Source of the DNA: Eledone cirrhosa
Taxonomy: Eukaryota
Length of the DNA: 64,000 nucleotides
Direction: 5' to 3'
Assembly (NCBI GenBank): GCA_964016885.1
Contig: OZ024743.1
Location: forward strand, 95,542,001 to 95,606,000
The notes under the pieces are model-generated. The model had not been told where the DNA came from and made no database searches. It worked only from the letters and a program-made list of their open reading frames with translations. A program made the position numbers and the translations under genes. The first letter of the stretch is position 1; each line of letters begins with the position of its first letter. Shown piece after piece: positions 62,801 through 64,000 of this stretch.

Positions 62801-64000
62801 GATAGGTACTCACTGACCACGTCCCGGTCGGACTGGAGGGCGAATGCGGCGGATTCGCAACCCTTGTTGACGTCCTTGCAAACATATTTAATCGATTTAA
62901 CTGAGCTACAGAATTCCACATTAATGTGGGCTTGGAACGTCGAAGTGAGAAGTGGACAATAGGGGACCACCCATCGATTGTCGACTTGCTTGCCCCTTAC
63001 AATGGCAGTAAAACCACCGTCTTCAGGCGACCGGCGCCTGTACAGGGGATAGCCGTCGTGCCCTGTCTGGGTCTCTGAAACAAATTTCCTAGGGTACCTC
63101 TTACTACAGATCCCGTCTTTCTGACACGAATGGTTAGAACCCGGATAACAGGGTCCGTGTATCATGGAAGTCGTGACGACGTCGAAGAGTTCTTTGTCGG
63201 TGGCAGGGTTGGGGATCTCTGCGCAGATAAATTTGTCGATGTCGTTGGAGTTGATCTTGTTCTGCAGCCACAGTAACAGATGAATGTGAAGCAGGCCCCG
63301 TTTCTGCCATTCTACGGTGTACGTATGGCATCTAGCAGGGCCGAAGATGTTGGCTTTTGCACAACATGCCTTCATTTTCTGTATGTTCCTCTCGAAAGCC
63401 CTCGCTATGAGGTCAAGGCGGTGGTGGTATGACTGCCCTGGAAGGAGTTCTCGGGTGATCTCATCCGCCTTCGGGTTGCACGTGAAGGTGATGAAGAGGT
63501 CAGGACGGCCGTAGGCCCGCACGTAGGTCATGGCGTCCTGAGTCCTCTCGTGCATGTACCGAGGTCCTCCAGTGAAGGTAGAAGGCAGGATGCAGACCTT
63601 GCCAATGTTTCGGGGATCCCCGTCGTTGGTCAAGTCGTCTCGCAGGTGTATGTAGCTTTCGCTACGCAGTTGCTGCTGGTGGGTTCGAATGAAGGCCAGT
63701 CGTTCTGACTCCATCTTTGCTGCCATATCCACCGCAAATTGGTTCAGTAGGTCCTGCGATCTGTGCAAACTGTTGAAACAGTTTCTCCGAGGCATGAGTC
63801 GGTATGCGTAAAATTCCTTGCAGGGCACGGTTTTGGCGGCAGCAACGGAGGGCTGGTTTGGCTGGCAGTGTGGGGTCTTGAAGTGGTAGCCGTCCTCGCC
63901 GCGGGGGAAAAGTAGAGGGTATTGGAGGCTGTCGTAGGATCGGTGTGTTTCGCGTATTCTGTGGAGGCCAGTTGCACGGTTGGATATGACGATATCCCGG
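59818..64000 (-). mobile_element. Autonomous-type Helitron, 5' part outside the window
   Basis: RepHel ORF plus 3' terminus AACCCGGGCAACGCCGGGTCATTCAGCTAG|T ending at 59818 (GC hairpin plus CTAG). Confidence 0.9.
60546..63999 (-). pseudogene. Helitron RepHel (HUH replication initiator plus PIF1-family helicase), 5'-partial, three frameshifts in the helicase C-terminus
   Basis: Frame is open from 63999 (RDIV...HRSYDSLQYPLLFPRGEDGY). Rep motifs PDLFITFTCNP, VEWQKRGLLHIH and IKYVCKDVNKG. Helicase motifs GGTGKT, IVWDECTM, GDFRQTLPV, QFPVRPCFAITINKSQGQT and HGQLYVACSRV. Frame changes near 61190, 61110 and 60912. Confidence 0.95.

Noticed and set aside
61271-63514. Plus-strand and alternative-frame ORFs overlapping RepHel (likewise antisense ORFs over gag-pol and the PLE)
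   Set aside because: Shadow ORFs of TE coding sequence with no recognisable motifs.

Overview
Animal genomic DNA with no recognisable host protein-coding gene. The tRNA-derived SINE families and dense (TA)n/(TG)n microsatellites suggest a cephalopod such as Octopus (inference). About 38 kb (approx. 7021-45080) is one tandem array of a 50-bp satellite, roughly 760 copies, with nested higher-order repeats of 1646 bp and 2548 bp. The left flank holds a hammerhead-ribozyme (HHR) fragment, a non-autonomous Helitron and a decayed two-LTR Ty3/Gypsy retrotransposon inserted into an old RTE LINE; that element has a tRNA-Trp PBS, an intact -1 frameshift signal and no integrase core. The right flank holds many SINEs, an RTE-derived bipartite element, two CRE-like endonuclease fragments, and a stack of Penelope-related modules inside (TA)n. 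That stack has two well-formed HHRs (one in a 322-bp partial tandem, retrozyme-like unit), a decayed Naiad-like RT/GIY-YIG element and a degenerate HHR. A MITE-like foldback and head-to-tail Helitrons follow, including a RepHel ORF that runs off the window end. The most promising leads are the unannotated HHR/retrozyme-like modules and the HOR-structured satellite with matching flank motifs. All alignments and folds were done by eye.
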